NCBI GenBank assembly: GCA_013239625.1 | Contig: MU053513.1 | Span: forward strand, 330,370 to 394,369 | Direction: 5' to 3' | Source: Lama guanicoe | Taxonomy: Eukaryota | Length of the DNA: 64,000 bases | In this document: positions 25,329-38,800 of the stretch, piece after piece | Numbering within the stretch: the stretch's first letter is position 1 | Layout: every line of letters starts with the position of its first letter | The notes under the pieces: model-generated | The model's input: the letters and a program-made list of their open reading frames with translations, nothing else | What the model was told of the DNA's origin: nothing | Databases searched by the model: none | Translations under genes and position numbers: made by a program

Positions 25329-27316
25329 AATTTTTTTCCATTACAAGCAAGAATATGGCAAGGTTGCTTGTTATCACTGTTGGTATTCAACATTTTACTT
25401 ATGTCCAAATGAGGGCAATAAGAAAAGAAAATATGATACACAAAGAATAGAAAGGGTCAAATCCCCTACTATTTGTAGACACATATATGCTTATTTACAT
25501 AGATAATCCAAGAGGAAACACAATCTATTTGAAATAAAAAGAGAATTTAGCAAGATTACATGATATAGGACTAACACACAAAACAAGTAATTTTTATACA
25601 TGCAGTAGCAGATCAATGGTGAGCCATTCACAGTAGCAACCAAATCTAAGGTTCTGATGTAAACAAGGATTGTGAAGATTTTTGAAGAGCTTATTCTTTG
25701 GTTATTTATTACCAAAAAATGAACCACCCTAAAATTTAATGGCTTAAAACAACAATCTCTCATATTTTTGAGAAACTTCAGGGAGGCCAATGACACTGGA
25801 GCAAAATAAACAAGAGGGAGAATTGTAGCCAATGTGATTGAAGTAGTACCAGTAGGTCAGACTTTGTAGGGCCTTTTAATATTAAAAAAAAATTCCCAAA
25901 TTACCCATTTATAGTGAAAAGGATAAATAAAACATGTAACATTCAGAGGCTCTACTCTCAGAGGTGATTAAATATTGACCTAGATATATAGCTAAATATT
26001 CACATTGCAAAACATTTGAAGCAATTGAAAAATGATGCATTCTATGTTCTAGATTCTAAGTGAAACTCTAAAACAAAATCACTAATGATTACTACTCAAA
26101 CACGAGCAAGAGATAGACATGCCAAATTCATAGTAGCAGTTTGGTTGCCTCTGACAAGGCTGAGAATGCAAGGGTGAGAATGCAAGGAGTATTTACCATA
26201 TCTGTATTAAGCTTATAATTAAAACATGAATATCTGAGGCAAATATTAAATTGTTTTCGTTCATTAATGCTAGGTATATTATTCTCTGTACTTATGTATA
26301 TGTCTATGTGGGTGTGTGTATATCTGTGTGTCTGTGTATATGTGTATATATCTGGATGTCAGAAGGTTTCTATGAATTTAAAATTCATGTATTTTTTCAT
26401 TTAAAAGGTCAATTGCAAGGCTCTGTCATAGGTTCCCCATCCAAGGCTTGGCCACCTGGTGGCATGTTATAGTGATGGTAGGATCTGGAACCAGAAGTAG
26501 GTTCAATTCTGTCCTGTTGGTAAGGGAAACATCCCTACCCCCATGTCCAGATTTAGGTCATGTGCTTATTCTGTCCCACAGCACACTGACAAACCTTCAA
26601 CACAGGTGTGTATGGGCATATGTACACACAAACACCCAGGGTGTGTCTTTACCACTGTTTTTGGTGAACTTCAACACTTCAGCAGCAAGGTGACCAAAAG
26701 GCGTATCTCCTGACCAATCTCCTATCAACTCTAACTTCGAATCCTCACCTCTTTTGAGTTGCCTATATAACTGAACATACAAGAAACTTTATCTACTTAT
26801 GACTAAACATTGATTTTTCACAGGAAGAAAACTGTGGTTGCAGGCCTCAAGGGCTTACTACAATTTTATTCCATCAAGTTATAGAAAAATTTCAGGTTAT
26901 TATTGTTACTGTTTTTATTGTGGTGGTTTTTAATCTTGCATATTCTCTTGGCACTTTAATTAGGAACTCCAAAGGTGGAGAGGAGTCATCTGTTTCAGAT
27001 CATATCACCATCTTTTTCCAAAGTGCTCTTAAATTGTTCTTAGGTGGTTCTCAGAAAAATAAAATAACCTGCTAGCAATTGGCCAAACCTGGTTTGCTTT
27101 TAAGGTATGGTTTTAAATTGAGAATTTTAACCTTTTAAAATTGTGGGAATAGAGCTGCAACTTTGAACTACATAAATAAGTCAATAACTTGGAGAGAATT
27201 AACAATTACTGAGTTAGGAAATACATTAGCACACTTTGTGAAAGAACAATGAGTCGACTAAAGAATAAGATTATAGCAAAATGTGGAACAGAAAGTGAGA
27301 TGGAAGAGGGTTTCAG

Positions 27317-27769
27317 CAACATGGATGGACCTAGAGATTATCATACTAGATGAAGTAAGTTAGAAAGAGATAAATACCATATGATATCGCTTACATGTGA
27401 AATCTACAATATGATTATTTACAAACTTATTTACAAAACAGGAACAGACTCACAGACATAGTGAACAAATATAGTAACAAAGGTTACCAGTGGTGAAGAG
27501 GGTAGGGGAAGGATAAATTAGGATTTGGGGATTAGCAGATACAAACTACTATATATAAAATAAACAGCAAGGTCCTACTGTACAGCACAGGGAACTGTAT
27601 TCAATATCCTGTAATAAACCAGAATGGAAAAGAATACTAAAAAAATATATATATATATACACATACATGTATATATATATGTATATAAAATGAGTCACTT
27701 TTGTTTACACCAGAAACTAACACAACATTGTAAATTAACTATACTTCAATTAAAAAAATAAATTTAAAA
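27317..27769 (+). mobile_element. 5'-truncated L1 (cetartiodactyl-type 3' UTR)
   Basis: ORF2 end plus 3' UTR plus A tail. 13-bp TSD AAGAGGGTTTCAG at 27304-27316 and 27770-27782. Confidence 0.93.
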
Positions 27770-28216
27770 AAGAGGGTTTCAGAAGAGCTGATAAAAGATC
27801 ACAGTAGTTCTGGTGGTAATTCAAATTATAGTAACCTTACAATAGTGTCATCTGAAAAAAATATCTATATAAATTAGTTCTATGTATATTTCAGAGATTT
27901 GATTATAATTTATGTTTATTTAGTATCTGCTCCTTTTGTTTACTTGTTTTGGCCAGGCTTTGCCCCAGGTATCGAATATTAAAAAAATGAGTTAGACATT
28001 GGCCAGGCTCTTGAGGAATTTAGAGTTTATTTTTATTTATTTTTTGGTAGATACTTAAAGACACTCAATTTTTCAAAAATGGACTTCTCTCTACCCTCAG
28101 TGGCAAGGACCAGCTAAGCAAAATTTTGCTTAGGAAATGAAATTATGGGCTTTAATGATATTTATTCAATGAATCTCAACTATATTATTTACTATGAATC
28201 TCAAGTATAGTATAAT

Positions 28217-28683
28217 TTATTTTTTATTCTGATTTTTTACCGAAGTCTAGTCAATTTACAATGTTAGTTTCATGTGTACAGCAAAACAATTCAGTTATAC
28301 ATATACATACATTTTTTTCAGATTCTTTTCCATTACAGCTCATTACCAGACATTGAATATAGTTCCCTGTGCTATACAGTAGGTCCTTGTTGTTTATCTA
28401 TTTTATATATAGTAATGTGCATCTACTAATCCCAAACTCCTAATCTATCCCTCCCCCCGCTTTCCCCCTGGTAACCACAGTTTGTTTTCTATGTTGGTGA
28501 GTCTATTTCTGGTTTGTAAATAAAATTTATATATTTTGTTAGATTCTACATATAAGTGGCATCATATGATATTTGTCTTTCTCTTGTCTGACTTACTTCA
28601 CTTAATATAATAATGTCTAGGTCCATCCATGTTGCTGCAAATGGCATTATTTCATCTTTTTTCATGGCTCAGTAGTATTCTAT

Positions 28684-28728
<45 letters not shown>

Positions 28729-29087
28729 CACATATATATATTTACCACATCTTCTTTAGCCAATCAGTCATCTGTCAATGGACACTTAGGTTGTTTTCAT
28801 GTCTTGGCTGTTATAAATAGTTCTGCTATGAACATCAGTGTGCATGTGTCTTTTCAAATACCAAGACAACAATGAGGTATCACCTCACACCAGTCAGAAT
28901 GGCCATCTTTAAAAAGTCTGTGAATAATAAATGCTGGAGAAGGTGTGGAGAAGAGGAAACCCTCCTACACTATTGGTGAGAATGTAAACTGGTAGAGCCA
29001 CTATGGAGAACAGTATGAAGGTTCCCTAAAACATTAAAATTGGCTTATCATATGATCCAGCAATCCCATTCCTGGGCATATATTTGG
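28217..29087 (-). mobile_element. L1 with 5' inversion (twin priming)
   Basis: Antisense 3' end (~28217-28860) joined to a sense-oriented ORF2 piece (~28861-29087). TSD AGTATAAT at 28209-28216 and 29088-29095. Confidence 0.88.
28688..28725. repeat. (TA)19 microsatellite inside an L1
   Basis: Directly visible. Confidence 0.95.
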
Positions 29088-30416
29088 AGTATAATATACT
29101 TTAAATTCCGAGTCATATGCTCTACTTCATGCTCCTCTAGATGTGTACTCAGTTTCACAAATTTCCAAATAAAACTTTTAAATTTTTTACTTGCCTACTT
29201 CTTCCCTTGTTTTCATTTCTCATTTCATTTCATTATCTCATTGCTCTATTTTCTTTGTCTATTGCTTTCAAATTGTGGCTGAGCCTTTCAAGCATTAATT
29301 CAGTAGAAACACAAGGAAAATGAAGGCAATGATAGTTTCAAGCTCAAGGAATATAGTAAGTAACACATTTGTTGAAATATTCTCTATCACGTTCTTTGTT
29401 TTCTATATTTAATGAATATATTTTAAGCACCTGATCTGATACTCATATCTTTTATTCTTATATACATTTATAGCTATATTTACTAATGTTTCCCAACATG
29501 GAAAAGTTAGGATTATTGACTTTATCTTCAGTATTTCCTCCTTATCTTTGCTCATGTTGCATTTTCTGAATTCTATTTGTGTTCTTTTTTCTCAGTTTTA
29601 CTGAAGTAAAATTAACAAATAAAATTGCAAATACTTAAAGTACACAATACGATGATATATGTATTCCTTGTGAAATATTTACCATAATCAAGTTAACACA
29701 TCTGTCATTCACATGGTTGCCTAAATTTTTATGTGGCACGTTTACTTATATGGCTTGTCTCTGGAAGAATAATGGATTAGTTTTACCATGGGGAAAAAGA
29801 ATCCTAAATTATCTGAAGCAGTTAACTGTAATTCTCTGTCTCCAATGACTGCAAATTTGCCACTCTCATTGCTTTTCCAAGATTGATCTATCTATCTGTC
29901 TATCTGTCTATCTAGATATATACATATATATATATTATATATATATTTTTTTTCTTTTTCCCAACTGGTATTTTGGAAACCATAAAATAAAGGATCAAAC
30001 TATTCCCAGGAAAAGATTCTAGGAAGTGAAATCTTGAAAGGAATCTGGGAAGAGTTAGCTAAAAGCTATTTAGTCATGGCATTTTATAACAAGAATTTTT
30101 CCATAGCATAAAGGAAGACATATAGGTTGTACTTCAACTGTGGCAAATGGGGATGAAGTATCATACATGAGATAGTTCTGAATGGCCCTCATATTTTCTT
30201 CAAGATTTTATTCATGTTTCTAGTAGTAGAAACTCTGAGTTCTCTTATTTTGTATTTTTATAACTTTGTCAATGGATTGATAGATGGGGAAATGGATATC
30301 ACTAGCTTTCCATCAGTAAATCTGGGAGCATAAAACTAGACATTATATAATCATTTTCTACACTACAATTAATATCACAAGCCCTGTTCATTAGTTTTTA
30401 CAAGACTGGATTTTAG

Positions 30417-31263
30417 CCGGTCAGAATGGCCGTCATTAAAAAGTTTACAATTAAAAAACGCTGGAGAGAGTGTGGAGAAAAGGGAACCCTCCTACACTGT
30501 TAGGAATGTAATTGGTGCAGCCACTATGGAAAACAGTATGGAGGTTCTTCAAAAAACTAAAAACAGAGTTGCTATATGATCCAGTAATCCCACTCCTGGG
30601 CAAATATCCAAAAAAGACAAAAACTCTAATTTGAAAAGATACACGCACCCCAATGTTAATAGCAGCACTATTTACAATAACCAAGACATGAAAGCAACTT
30701 AAATGTCTACTGACAGATGACTGGATAAAGAAGTTGTGATATATTTATACAATGGAATACTATTCAGCCATTAAAAAGAATAAAATCATGCCATTTGCAG
30801 CAACATGGTTGCACCTAGAGATTGTCATACTAAGTGATGTAAGTCAGACAGAGAAAGACAAATACTGTATGATATCACTTATATGTATAATCAAAAATAT
30901 GACACAAATGAACTTATTTACAAAACAGAAACAGACTCACAGACATAGAAAATAAATTTATGGTTGTCAAAGAGGAAAGGCGGGAGGAAGGATAAATTAG
31001 GAGTTTGGGATTAGCAGATGCAAACTACTAAATATAAAATAGATGAACAACAAGGTCCTACTGTATAGCACAGGGACATATAATCAATATCTTGTAATAA
31101 AACATAAAGGGAAAGAATATGAAAAAGAATGCAGATAACTATATCTATATACACACACATAACACACATGCACACACACACACATATATATAACTGAATC
31201 ATTTTGTGGTACACCAGAAACTAACACAATATTGTAAATCAACTATACTTCAATAAAAAAATA
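30417..31263 (+). mobile_element. 5'-truncated L1
   Basis: ORF2 C-terminus (track ORF MEYYSAIKKNKIMPFAATW) plus 3' UTR and tail. Degenerate TSD AAGACTGG.. at 30402 and 31264. Confidence 0.93.
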
Positions 31264-34200
31264 AAGACTGGGTGTTAATAGACATGTAACATCACAAACA
31301 CTTATTGTCTCACGTAAGAATACCTGTTACATATAAAATGAGTGTGTGCATGTATAGATACACACATATATATAAACATATGGTATACAATGTATTAAAT
31401 CTACATTTGATTTTTACAAACATATCTAAGATAGATATATGTCAGGTAATATATGAATTTTAAGTAGAAGAAGTTAATGTTAACAAAGATTAATTAATGT
31501 GGCCAAAGTTACACTGGTGGAAAATGAGCAAGCAAGACTTCAACTTTTAAAATCCAGGATGGATTTTTTTTTTCCCCATGTAGTAGGCCACCTATTAAAT
31601 TTCTTAACTGCATATTTTCAATGTTCAGAAAATGCAATTTCAATAGCTCTACTTCAGAAATAGCATGCAAGAGAATTAAATTATTTCATTTAAAAAGTTT
31701 CCAGTGATCCATGAAATGTCTACACTTTTAATAGGAAATTACTTATGCATCAATGTAATGTGTTTTGCTAAAGAAACATGTTGAAATGCAATGGGCCTGA
31801 TTCTGCCTGGTTTATCTACCAATGGCTTAATTAATTAATTAATCTCTTTTTAAGTGTTAATTAAATTCCTCTAAGACATGAGTGTTTTATGCATCTACTA
31901 TGGCACAAAATACCAAGTGAGTTTTATTAAAATGTGAAGGTTTACTTCCTTTGAGCATAGTTGAATCTCTGATACAGAAGCAGCCGTGGTTAAAATGAAG
32001 AAATAAGCACATTATAAGCACATAACATTAATTCCTCCTTTTCATACAGAGTCATGATTCTAGGCTAATGAATATGTCCTTGGAAGCATCTGAGCTGGGT
32101 TTTTTTAAGCCACCAGCTAAAGAGCATCTGCTTTGTACTATTTTCTGGGGAAGCTGTTAGGTTTCTCTGAGACCTCTAGAACTTTCTCACTTCCTTTTGA
32201 ACTTTGGACCATGCCAGAGACATAGTATATTAAAGTTAGGTGTACCAGTCAGTGAAGTTTACTGTTCTATAGAGAAAATAAGTATTAGGTTGTCTTTTTA
32301 ATTTAATTTTTTCCAAATGAGTTAAAGCTTTAGGTACCATATAGAATTGTCTCAGTTTACAAATGTTACAAAAACCTTTATTTATGCACTCACTCCTTTG
32401 TTACTCATATATTCAATTGCTACTGATTAAAATGTTTTTTGTTCCAGGCAATATTTTGAACACAGAATTATGGTGATAGTCAATAACTGACACACATCCT
32501 TTCTTTCTGGAACTTAGCGTTCACTGCCCAAAATCAGATTTATTCAGATAAACACAAAAACAAATGCAAAATTACAAGTGTGATAAATGTGAGCAGTACC
32601 TAAAAGGAAGGGTATGTAGTGATGTGAGACTAGGTCCAGGAAGACCTGACCTAGCCTGTGAGGCTAGGAGGTAGGAGGGAGGATTTGAATTGAGATCTTA
32701 AAAATTAATAGAAGATAACTAGGCAAAATGGCCACGAAGCCAGGGAGTCTCTTCTGGGCCAAAGAAATAGCATGTGTTTAAGAGCATATATACAGCTACT
32801 TAAGTCTGCCCATCAGGAAAAATATGAATTGAAAAAAAAAAGACATAATGCAATGCTCCTGTTTTGGGACAATTATGCTTGCTGGTCCCTGCAACAGAAT
32901 TTTCTTTCCCCCAGAAATTTTATGAACACGGTCAGATATCCTCTTTGCACAGAGCTCTTTCTTGACTACGTCTTCTAAAAACAAAAGCTTATTCCTTCAG
33001 CCCAATAATTTCTATCCATAGATATGTCCGTCATCTGCCCATCTTAGCGTACACAACGTCTGACACATTCTTCATTTTTCCATGTTTTTTATTGCCTGTC
33101 TTCTCTCACTAGATTTCCTGAGAGCAAGGACTGTTATTCCGTTGAATCACTGTCTGGACCGTCATGTGTTCAATAAATATTTCTGAATGCTAAGATGGAT
33201 AAAATAACGTTTTGGGATACTCACTCTATGCCAGTTACTTTGTTATTTTTTTTACTATACATTCTCTCATTTCATCCTTTTAAAACTAAAAAGTTTGCCT
33301 TTATTTCTGTTACACTAATGGCATGTTTTGGCCTTGGATAGTTCAATAACTTGCCCATAATCCCATGACTCGTAAGCAGCAAAGGTAGAAATTGAACTTA
33401 GCTCTATTTTACTCAAAAGCCCATCCTCTTGAAAACTACACTACACTGCATTTTAATTTTTTAATTTGTTATCAGAAGCTCTGTTATTAGAACTAGAAAT
33501 AAAATAGAAGAAGAAGATGAATTTCCAAGGTATACATAATACTTCTCACTGACCTCTCTCCTTGATATAAAAGAAGCAGGGGTTCCAGCACAGCTGCAAA
33601 TTTTGGGGTAGTTCTTTATTAAGTAACATTAACATGTATGTTTATTTAGCTAGAAACGATTTGCTTGCTTCCGTGTCTGTGGCATATAAAACCCACTGGA
33701 TTATTTTGTGAAGCTGAACCAGTCTTAACCAGGTCTCATCTGTTTGGGAGAAAAATTAAAATAATAAAATCCTTAAAAAGGAACAATTTCCTCCCCAATT
33801 GCCTTCACAATTGGTTTGATGAAGGAGGTAGGACTTGCCTCCATGGCCCTTCATGACCAGGTAGACATTTTACTAAAAGGTCTTTTTCCAAATGATCCAC
33901 AAATCACTGCATTGCTACGTTGCAATATTTTGTTGCCCTTGTTGGCATAATTTCCCACTCCTCTCTCCTAAGCTGGCTAAATTCTCACACCAACATTTCA
34001 GCATTGCCAGCTGGTTCCTTTCTGGCTTTCGTATTTGTAATGGTGCCAGTACATCCCTTTCAGCATCTGAGCCAGACCTGGACAATCTCCATAAACACAG
34101 GACGAATCTTCATGACACTGACACTGAGGCAGACTTGGCAAAAGATCCCTGCTCTCCCCCAAGCATGGAAAAGCGCACAGGGTCCATGCCAGCCTCCAGG

Positions 34201-34329
34201 CTGCTCTTGTGCTTGGCACCTTTTTCATCTTTTAAACTATAGGTTCTCTGACATTTGTTATCCATTTTATTATTTTCTTGAGCCAATTCACCTTCTGGCA
34301 TTCATGACTCCCAAATAGAGTAAAGAGGG

Positions 34330-34617
34330 TTTTTGTTTGTTTTGTTCTGTTTTGTTTTAATTTTTTCATTGAAGTATAGTTGATTTACAACGTTATATTA
34401 GTTTCTGATGCACAGAATAGTGATTCAGTTATATATATATATATATACACACATATATATTGTCACACACACACATATATATGTGTGTATATATATATAT
34501 ATACTTTTCAGATTTTTTTCATTACAGGTTTTTCACTACATGCCATTGAATGAGGTTCCCTCTTTTATACAGTAGGACCTTGTTTATCTATTCTGTACAT
34601 AGTAGTTTGTATCTGCC
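34330..34617 (-). mobile_element. Short L1 3'-UTR fragment with internal TA/CA microsatellite
   Basis: ATTGAAGTATAGTTGATTTACAA ... ATACAGTAGGACCTTG. Confidence 0.8.
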
Positions 34618-35447
34618 AAGAGTTGTGGGTTTTTTTTTTGATATATGTGTCTTTACCACCTCTAATTTTTATTACATGAGAAATTTTTTCCTGGCAGTAA
34701 TTTTCTCCTCTCCAGAGCAAGATTATAAAATTTCTATAGTAATATTTGTAATTGACAATAGTAAACCAATAGAGTAAATTTTATATAAATTTGTGAAGTA
34801 GGCAGTTTGTCCTCACTGTTACTCAAGTGATTTACATTTTGTGTCTTTTGACTATTTATTAACTGAAATTAAAACTACATTAATGTTGAAAGACAAGAAG
34901 AAAAAAGGGAGACAGTGAGAGGAGATGGTGAGGACTGACCATGAGAAAAATATTTCTTCTTGCACAGTGTCTGTGAAAACCAGCTAACCACTGTCCTACT
35001 TAAAATGTCCTCTCTATCTGGACCTCCCTTATCTGTAAGGGTTATTTATTAATATATTGAATGACCTCCTGTTTCCTTATGCAACCCCGTACCCATAAAA
35101 CAGAAAAGTTGCAGCTCAACACCTTTGGTCAGTAGGTTTTTATTTAGAAAAACAAAACAAAACAAAATAAAACTCTAATGTGACATTTTGAACATTTCAA
35201 GTCTACTAAACTGATTTATTCTAAGTAATAATTCTTAATATTCTTGGGTGAAGGATCTAGATAAAAAATACAGCATAAATAACCAAATGACAAAGAAGGT
35301 GAGGTTGTCCTGAAATTTGTATGATAGCATGGGTAGCCTGAAATATCAAAGTTGCCAGGCTAGGGATGTGCCAATGTTGAAATTTCATAGGGCTATATGT
35401 AAGACGTGTTTTACTTCACTTGTAGGTGAAACCTTAGTCATGGCCCT

Positions 35448-35885
35448 TGTTAACCTTTAAAACAAAAAGATAAGTGGTTTAACCAGCAAAAACGGGGTTT
35501 ACTCAGGAATAGGAGAAAAATGGTAGATTGGGACATCCAAATAATGGTGAGCCTCAGGCAAGCCCTGAGAACAAAGGATAGAAGCATTCTTTTATAGGGG
35601 AAAGGGGAAAGTTGGAAGGGGCTATATTGAATGAAAGTTCCAGGAGAGAGAGAGATTGGAGTTGTGGTGGCTTCTCATTAGTTGAGCGGTGCCCGTTTCC
35701 CATTGCCTGGATTGTTGCTGGACAAGGAGAAAAGCTTCCTTCTGCCTGCTGAGATGTGTAACGGATGTTTTCCTCCTGATGCGTACTTGAAGTAAACTTC
35801 CATGAGTGGTACCTGCATAAAAGCTCCTCCTTCAGGGATTCCCAACTCCATTTTGAAAGAAGGTTTACCTTTATTCATTTTTACA
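35448..35885 (-). mobile_element. Solo ERV1-type LTR (boundaries approximate)
   Basis: Minus strand starts TGTAAAAAATGAATAAAGGTAAACC..CAAAATGGAG, has CCCTATAAAAG near 35590 and ends TTAAAGGTTAACA. No clear TSD. Confidence 0.65.
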
Positions 35886-38800
35886 TTTTCTATTTTAGAA
35901 TAGAATTAAAATAAAATTAATAAAATATAACTAAAATAGTATTAATAATATTTCTATTGTTTAGCATGTTTTATAATTTCCTAACTATATTGCCAACAAT
36001 CATGTCACTAGACCTGACCACATTTCAAATTTTTAACATTTTAATAATATAATTTTATTTTTTATTACATTTATTATGAGGTATTAAGAAGGTTTATTTA
36101 TTTTTGACCATTGGTAAAATGTCACTATTTAAAAAAAATTGTCATTTCATTGAGATTATTCTTCAAGAACACAGATCTGAGAATGGGAGCCCAAACATTC
36201 GTATGCAGATTCAAAAACAAACAAACAAAACAAACAAAAAGAATGGTCAAGTTGTTTTCCAGTGTCCCTTACCAAGAATTCGATGTTGTTATGTTGATGC
36301 AAAGGGGTAAGTAAAATACAAAAATATATATCACAGGAGAAATCCATCACAGAATAACTATGAAGATGAAAAGATAAGGGATCCAGAGATAGCCCCACCT
36401 ACAGGGTGAGATATGGAAGAACAACTCCAGAAGAGTTAGATTATTATTATATACTTTGATATATTAAAAATATAATACATAGAAACCCCGAAGTTAATAT
36501 ACAGACATGGTATTCTACACATAATATTGCTCTTTCAACTTCCAAAGTTGTGTATTAACTGCTGTATTTTCAGTATAGACATTCTCTCCCCAGCACCACA
36601 AACCCTGACCTCCCCATGTCTCTTCTCAGCCGGCTTCATCTCTCTGGCATCCAGCACCTCCAGGAAGCGCTGCTGCAGCAGAGCCAGTGAACAGTGTACG
36701 GGAATGTTAGAAAACATTGTAAAATCCAATGAATGGGGATTCCCTGGGCTAGGAGAAGTAGAGGAAAATTATACTCAGTAGGAAGGAACCTTAGAAGGAA
36801 GGGCACTCAGAAGGACCCCTGAGATTTGCCGTTTACCTCCAGGTGGAGTTTTGTGGGTAAGATGAAAATGACAGGATAACACAAACAGGTTTGAAAGGCT
36901 CTGAAATCATGGGAAACTTGTGTAATTCTTCCTAAGGTAATGATAAACCTCATAATTAACTCCCACTTGGCCTTCTGATATTCTCTGCATTATGTAGTAG
37001 GAAAACAAAAATGACTAGGAGAGTGCCCAGCAAGGACTGTGATATCCTTTTAAAATCTCCCTATGCTCACTAGTGCTTAGAAAGTAGTAAATATTTCCTG
37101 TGCTGTCAAGAAGGGGACAGAAGTAGTTGGGAAAATCAAATGTGAAGTAGTCTTGCAATTTAAAAGAGGTAAACAGAATATCAGTACGGACCAGCATGCA
37201 GCATTTAACCTACCTAAAAGCGAAAGTGATCATAATTCGTCTAGAGTTCTAAGTGGCTTGGCATGGATGCAGTTTGCAGGGGGAGGAGAAACTAGAGAGA
37301 CTTGTATTCCAGAAACCAAGAAAAGAAAGTTTCAAGAGAAGAAGGAGTGTAGAAATTAGGACAGCTAAGGTTTGAAAAGCATCTTCTACATTAGCAACCC
37401 AACAATCATTGGTAAAGTGAGTGACAGCAACAACAGTGCTGGTGGGTGCTGACACCAAATTGCAAGTTTCTGATAAAGTGGAAACAGTATTTTAAGTGAA
37501 AATAGTAAATAATATACTTAAGATAGTGCACAAATATTGAAAGTGACAAAGGCAGAAAGCAATATTTGAGAGGGTCTACACTTGAGTGGAGGTGGTGGTG
37601 TCACTGTTGGTTTCACTGCTGCCAGGGACAGGAATGTGGTCAAATAATTACTGAAAGAAGTGAACTGGGTGGGAGTGTTTAGGAAACGTAGTGACATGGC
37701 AGAATTGATGTGTGAGTTATGAGCAGGTGTACTTCTGGGCTCAAGAAAAAAATGTCTTAGAAAAGGGGGCCAGTAAACATTCTTTTGGTATTAGGTTTCC
37801 TCTGGGTACTCAGAGATTTAGTTATCAGTGTAAATAAGCCAAAATAATTGAAGGAGTTATGAAGACACACCTATATGGAAGCTTTTGACGGTCACTTTTT
37901 ATTTAATTCACTCTTTGTGGTCTTATTTTGATTCAGCATGGACTAACTTTTCCTCTTCCATAGATTTGCCTTTCTAACTATTTTGGATTTCCGTTCCCCT
38001 TCTCAGTGTCTCCTTTTCATTTGCCTGATCTGAGATCCCCTGTGCCTTCTGCTCACACCTGATGGTAATACATAGTTCTGAAAAATGCCACCTTATGTTT
38101 AAGGTGGATGTGCATCTGAAAATAGTTAGAATATGACTTCACACATTTCAGAAACAAAAATCACTACATAAAATGCCCCCAGTTTGCAGGAATTTTTAAC
38201 ATTTGCAGTGCAGACCATCAATTACATCACACGTTATAAAACTTACGGCACTCTGGAGCCTGGGCTCGCAATAAGGGTCCCTAGAATAAACCTCAATTCC
38301 ATCACCTCGATGGAACTATTACCAAAGTGCTATAGTTTATGAGACTTTTGCCACCTCCTCCACCTCCTTCTCCTTCTATTTCTTCTCTTCCTCCTTTTTC
38401 TCTTCTTCTTTTCCATAATGGATATATATTCCACAGTGATCTGGATGGTCACGTACTCAGAAGTTATAAAGAAACCTCATGTAACGATGCTGCGCCCCAT
38501 AACTTCCTTTATTAGTTTGAGAAGTCCTGTTAAGAGGGACTAATGTAGTGGTTTTTCAGCATTTTGATTGAGTGACAAGGTCAAAAGATCACATACCATC
38601 GGGATAAAATGTGTTTTCACCATTTGAAATAGAGACAATACCAAAGTATTAGTCCCACCAGTGTAAGTAAACTGTGGAGAATTGAGCTTTTATAAAGGAA
38701 TTTTGTGAATATTCATCAATAAAAGCCATACGAAGTTTAAAAATGCAATGAACCCATTAAATCAAACTTAAGACTGAGAATTCTAACAGATACAGCACTG

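Noticed and set aside
30451..31214. ORFs such as MEYYSAIKKNKIMPFAATW
   Set aside because: L1 ORF2 C-terminus and its antisense.
32796..32984. Minus-strand acceptor plus ORF EDVVKKELCAKR
   Set aside because: Overlaps L2-derived sequence.
33890..34320. Overlapping ORFs on both strands
   Set aside because: No recognisable motif or consistent splice sites; possibly an old repeat relic.
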